Position numbers and translations under genes: made by a program
Part shown: positions 60,133-64,000 of the stretch, piece by piece
Numbering within the stretch: position 1 is the stretch's first letter
How the letters are laid out: each line of letters begins with the position of its first letter
Origin: an uncultured Bacteroidales bacterium
GTDB lineage: Bacteria > Bacteroidota > Bacteroidia > Bacteroidales > VadinHA17
Assembly: GCA_963818295.1 (NCBI GenBank)
Contig: CAWFRW010000006.1
Coordinates: forward strand, 169,119-233,118
Reading direction: 5' to 3'
Length of the DNA stretch: 64,000 nucleotides
Notes under the pieces: generated by a model
What the model was told of the DNA's origin: nothing
Databases searched by the model: none
The model's input: only the letters and a program-made list of their open reading frames with translations

Positions 60133-60203
60133 AACAATTACCCAAGTATTAAAAAAATCTAGGTTTAACTACTTTATTATTAGCAAAATAACTGGTTCAT
60201 CTG

Positions 60204-60640
60204 CTAAAACTGATTTAAAAATGACTTTATTATATTCTCCAGGAATGGCCAGAAAGTAAGGAGGAACAGAAGTCCGGAACCGATGCTGTCAATAATAATA
60301 AGCTGTTTCCTTGTACCTGTATATTTCAGATAATAAAGTGAGAATGCAATCCTCATGAAAAGCTGGGAAAGGAAAAAGAGGAATACCCGCATGCCATAAA
60401 TATTCCACTATATGCCTCATCAATCCTTCCTCTTACAATCAGTGAGAAACTATGAGACAAACCGCATGAGAAACATGGTTCTCCGGTTATTTTTTCATGA
60501 ATGCAAACAACCGGATAGTTGTTCTGATCCGGAGAAAAAATACCGGAGTAAATAAAAATCAAAATTAATACTCCGGCAAAAATCAGATTTAGAATGAGGT
60601 AAGGTTCATCTCTGAACCTCACAACCTGGAAATTATTTAT
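60204..60640 (-). CDS. DUF2752-like membrane protein (frameshifted; start uncertain)
   Basis: CIHEKITGEPCFSCGLSHSF motif between TM helices. Confidence 0.7.
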
Positions 60641-60641
60641 G

Positions 60642-61153
60642 CTATTTCTTTTTCCGAAGAGTATCATTTTTTTGCAGAGTATCGCCTTTCTGGCTATTTC
60701 CGCCTTCAAGATCTTCCAGCTTCTGCTCACGGTCCTTTTTATCGATGCTTGTATTTATTTCAACCTTTTCTCCATTGCTCTCCACCTTAATCGAGATATT
60801 GGCATCTTCAAGATCCTTTACAACATTATCCTGAACATCATTTATGATATTCTGAATATCTCCGGGCCATTTATCTGAATGGCTTGCAATCTTGCTTGCA
60901 ACAAATACCTGTGAAACAGATATCATTGATGCAATTATGCCAATAATAAGCCCGGCGAATAAAACGCCTCTCGGCGGATCCGCTTCCTGGAAGCCTGGGA
61001 AAGTCCTACCGATGCAAGAACGATTGCAATTATGCCCGGTATGATGGCAATAATCCCCACACAAGGTATAACTGCAAGAACAAATGTTATTATGGCCGTG
61101 ATAAGAGCAGCAATTCCAAGATTACTTCCTGTGTTTTTTGGTACATCTTCCAT
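60642..61153 (-). CDS. DUF4190-like membrane protein (frameshifted)
   Basis: LGIAALI..I...IPCVG...GIIAIVLA..GL, AGLIIGII. Confidence 0.65.
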
Positions 61154-61166
61154 GATACTTAATTAT

Positions 61167-61750
61167 TTATTTGTTATTCATTCCTCTAAGGATGTTAACC
61201 ATATCCTGCTCTAAAGACGTCACAGGATTTTCAATGATGCGTCCTGCCTCAATATTATTTTTATAAAATATAAATGTAGGTACCCGTTGAATCTCAAGTT
61301 GCTCATATTCGCCAACCGGTGAAAGCTTTCCATTGTCAACTCCGATAAATGTCAACTTGCCGGAAGGAAATTCCCAGGCGTCGAGAACCTTCATGAAACG
61401 GGGAACCTCCCTTCTGCTGTCGGGACACCATGTTCCCATCACTATCTTTATTGTGAGCCCTTCCCTGTCAATATCCTCAAGCTGTTTCAGCGCCTCCGGG
61501 TTTACCTGATACTCATCATATCCTTTGTAGAACCATACTCGAATGCGGTTCCTGCTTAAGCTGACCCGGATTAAAATATCCAAGCAGCCAGGTCGCCTGA
61601 TCAGAATAATTCACAGCCTGATGGCTGTCAGCCGCTTTCGCTTCAGGCATCGGGGAAACTGCAGATTGCGCTTCTGCAACCGGTTTGCTGGTTTTGCAGC
61701 TGTTAAATCCCAACAGGCATAGAAATGAGCAAAAAAGTTATCCTTTTCAT
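61167..61750 (-). CDS. Thioredoxin-fold lipoprotein with CxxS motif (frameshifted)
   Basis: FNSC lipobox, MGTWCPDS, RVPTFIF, GRIIENP. Confidence 0.85.
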
Positions 61751-61914
61751 TAACAAAAAATAATTAGTTACAAATTAAAAGGATTTTTTCAATTACAAGC
61801 TACAAATGGAATAGAATATGCGATTTGTTAAATGCAACTGTGTGATTAATTATATTAAAATTAAACACGAAGGACTCAAGGGATAGCACAAAGAGACACA
61901 AAGGGCAGAGGGTT

Positions 61915-63563
61915 TCAGCTATCTGACTTTTTTATTCTGTTAGTATAATAGATTGAAATGCCGATTGAAATTGCTGCAAGAAAAAGTAACGCCAGCACCC
62001 TGTAAATTATTTCAATCCTTGCCAGATCAACAATAAAAAGATAAAATGCAGCGCATATCATTGTTCCAAGGGCCATATACCGGTACTTCACATTTTTAAG
62101 CAGGATGCTTATCAGAAAGTAAAGCAGTGCAGCCATTGTCCATGAAAGAGTTACAAAGTGCTTGGGAACGGCATGATGAAGTGCAAACATAACCATAATA
62201 AAGCCTTCAATCATATATAGGTTCCTGTATGAGGTCGGTCTGAATCTGAAGTCTTGAATTCTGCCAGTTGATAACTCTCGCAGAAACAAGAGCAACGAGT
62301 GCAAATGAGAAATTCACTCCGCTTATTGATCTGGACGTAAGCATATAGCTTGCAAGTATCGACAGGAAAAGCAGACTGTTCATAACAACCATAAGCTTAT
62401 TTCTGAACCAGAGCGCCATAGAAACAACAATAAGGCTCTGAACAGCCAGCAGCAGGTATACCTTTGGCAACCCGACAAGACCGTAAAGGGCGATGCTCAT
62501 CGCCATAAAACCGTAAAGAGCATAAAATGCAGATGCAAAATTCCATGTTGAGCGTGAATGGAGAAAGACAGAATAAATAAGGCAGCAAATGGTTATCCCT
62601 GCAAAAAGAAATACATAACCGCTGCTGAAAAAGCTTACAACTACAAACAAAAGCAGTAAAGTGAACAGGATACCGTTTGTGATTGTAATTCCAATAAGAA
62701 AGTCATCCTCAGATGCTTCTTTATCTCTGAATATCAATGCGATCGAGTAAATTGCCTCCAAGCGAAAACAGGCAAAATACACCCAGATATTTCTCAGAAA
62801 CGAGCTTTGCAGGATGCCCCATAACAGGATCTCCTACAATCCATAGTAAGAATCCGGCATAGGTAAGAAATATTGTTACTACAAACAGTGTCTTCCAGTT
62901 AAAGCGCAGAAAATAGAGCATAGCCCCGGCAGCAGCTATGATAAGCAAAGGAATAGTAAAAGGCGTTGAATCGCTTATCACTGCTGTTGTCAGAATAAAA
63001 AGTACTGCCAGAGCTGCAAAAGACTGCGATTTCTCCCTGATCGACAGATAAGCCTGAAGAGCTGCGATGATCAAAAGAAGAAATACAGGTAAAGCCTTGT
63101 TTGAGAGGAGTGGTTCAACAGAAAAAAAGTGGAGCCTCAGTGTCACATAAAATATAAGTACCTGTGCATTTATCCTGAACATAAATGACAGGTGGGTATT
63201 TGATTTTTTTAAATATTCAGAAATTGCATAGATTGATGCTGCAGCGATATAGCCCAGAATAATAGCTACTACCTGGGACCCAAGGTTTATAAGGTATTGG
63301 CTGAGGAAGGTGATGCCAAAAAGAAGGACAATATTCCCCATCCAGGCCAGGCCGAATCGGCCTATCTGTGATTCCAGTCCCTTTTCCTCTCCGTTAAGGT
63401 CCTCCGTAACAGTTTCCTGTTCCGGCTTCCGGGTCTTTTCTTCCGCAATCGAAGGAATTTTTGCACCCGAGTAGACAAAAGCCGATTCGAGTCTCCTAAG
63501 ACGAAGCTCCATGGAATTCAACTGACCCCTGATTTTGTCAAGTTCACTCTCCTGATCTGCCAT
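61915..63563 (-). CDS. DUF2339 family polytopic membrane protein (frameshifted)
   Basis: N-terminal coiled coil, LESQIG...LAWMG..VLLFG, C-terminal DL.....YRVLALLFL. Confidence 0.75.
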
Positions 63564-63635
63564 AACAATTATGTATAACAATGAATAGATCCGTAAATAC
63601 GGCTGCAGGAAATAAAACCCATGACGAAAGGAACC

Positions 63636-64000
63636 CTATTCTTCAGTCTCCACCATCTTCCATGGTGGCAAAAGCCATAACAGAAATGCGAGTATCCCGA
63701 AAGGAAGAAGCAGCCAGAATGCTGCCATCAAAGTCCCGTCAAGGCCTATCAATCCCAATTTAAAGCTCGTGAATCCGGAAAAACTTTTTGAAAATAACTG
63801 ACCGCCAATTACAACGTTCCATCTCATGGAGTATACTCCGATCAGAACAAGTACTCCTACAATGGCATAGAGCGTCTTCCTCAAACGTATCCTCCCTTTG
63901 TAGAACTGCAGGAAAGCCAGGGTAATAAGCGGTATAATTGTACCCAAAAGTCCCTGGGAAACAAACAGTGTCAGATATAATTTCCCGGAAACAAGGAGCT
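63636..64000 (-). CDS. 3' end of an NrfD/PsrC (HybB-like) membrane anchor subunit; runs off the window
   Basis: LIGVYSMRWNVVIGGQLFSKS, C-terminal LLPPW. Confidence 0.75.
   Translation of the reverse strand, partial: LLVSGKLYLTLFVSQGLLGTIIPLITLAFLQFYKGRIRLRKTLYAIVGVLVLIGVYSMRWNVVIGGQLFSKSFSGFTSFKLGLIGLDGTLMAAFWLLLPFGILAFLLWLLPPWKMVETEE

Noticed and set aside
1-64000. Alternative genetic code or stop-codon readthrough
   Set aside because: TAA, TAG and TGA all terminate intact genes, and the breaks are frame changes rather than in-frame stops.

Overview
A 64-kb chromosomal segment of a Bacteroidota bacterium, probably Bacteroidales (inferred from SusC/SusD, TAnnTTTG promoters and the mutL-rhomboid-rhomboid-EEP and dnaE-trxA gene orders). 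I saw no rRNA, tRNA, CRISPR array or transposase. About two thirds of the genes are split by single-base frameshifts, including essential ones (dnaE, rpsP, tsaC). The breaks I inspected were extra bases, so I treat them as uncorrected long-read errors and report reconstructed gene spans. Gene order: a variable region of gene scraps and secreted proteins (1-7.7 kb); methyltransferase and two GT2; amtB-glnK; GH5 and GH26; a PadR operon; copA; a TetR-TolC-HlyD-ABC efflux operon; the mutL cluster; an NhaD-like transporter and Na+/H+-PPase; a two-component system facing two small membrane peptides; dapD, tsaC, rimM, rpsP; SusC/SusD; dnaE, trxA, LOG, ribD, prmC, recX; membrane proteins; and the 3' end of an NrfD-family gene. 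The main finding is the PadR operon (15.7-18.6 kb). Its two membrane proteins carry 3 and 2 GldL-like hairpins, each followed by one GldM-like segment, which sums to the 5:2 stoichiometry of the GldLM motor. They lack the proton-binding Glu and one carries a putative PadR-contacting N-terminal domain, so this may be a motor-derived signalling complex. Also notable are a modular, partly nested family of intergenic palindromes, a comM scar, and several candidate operators.
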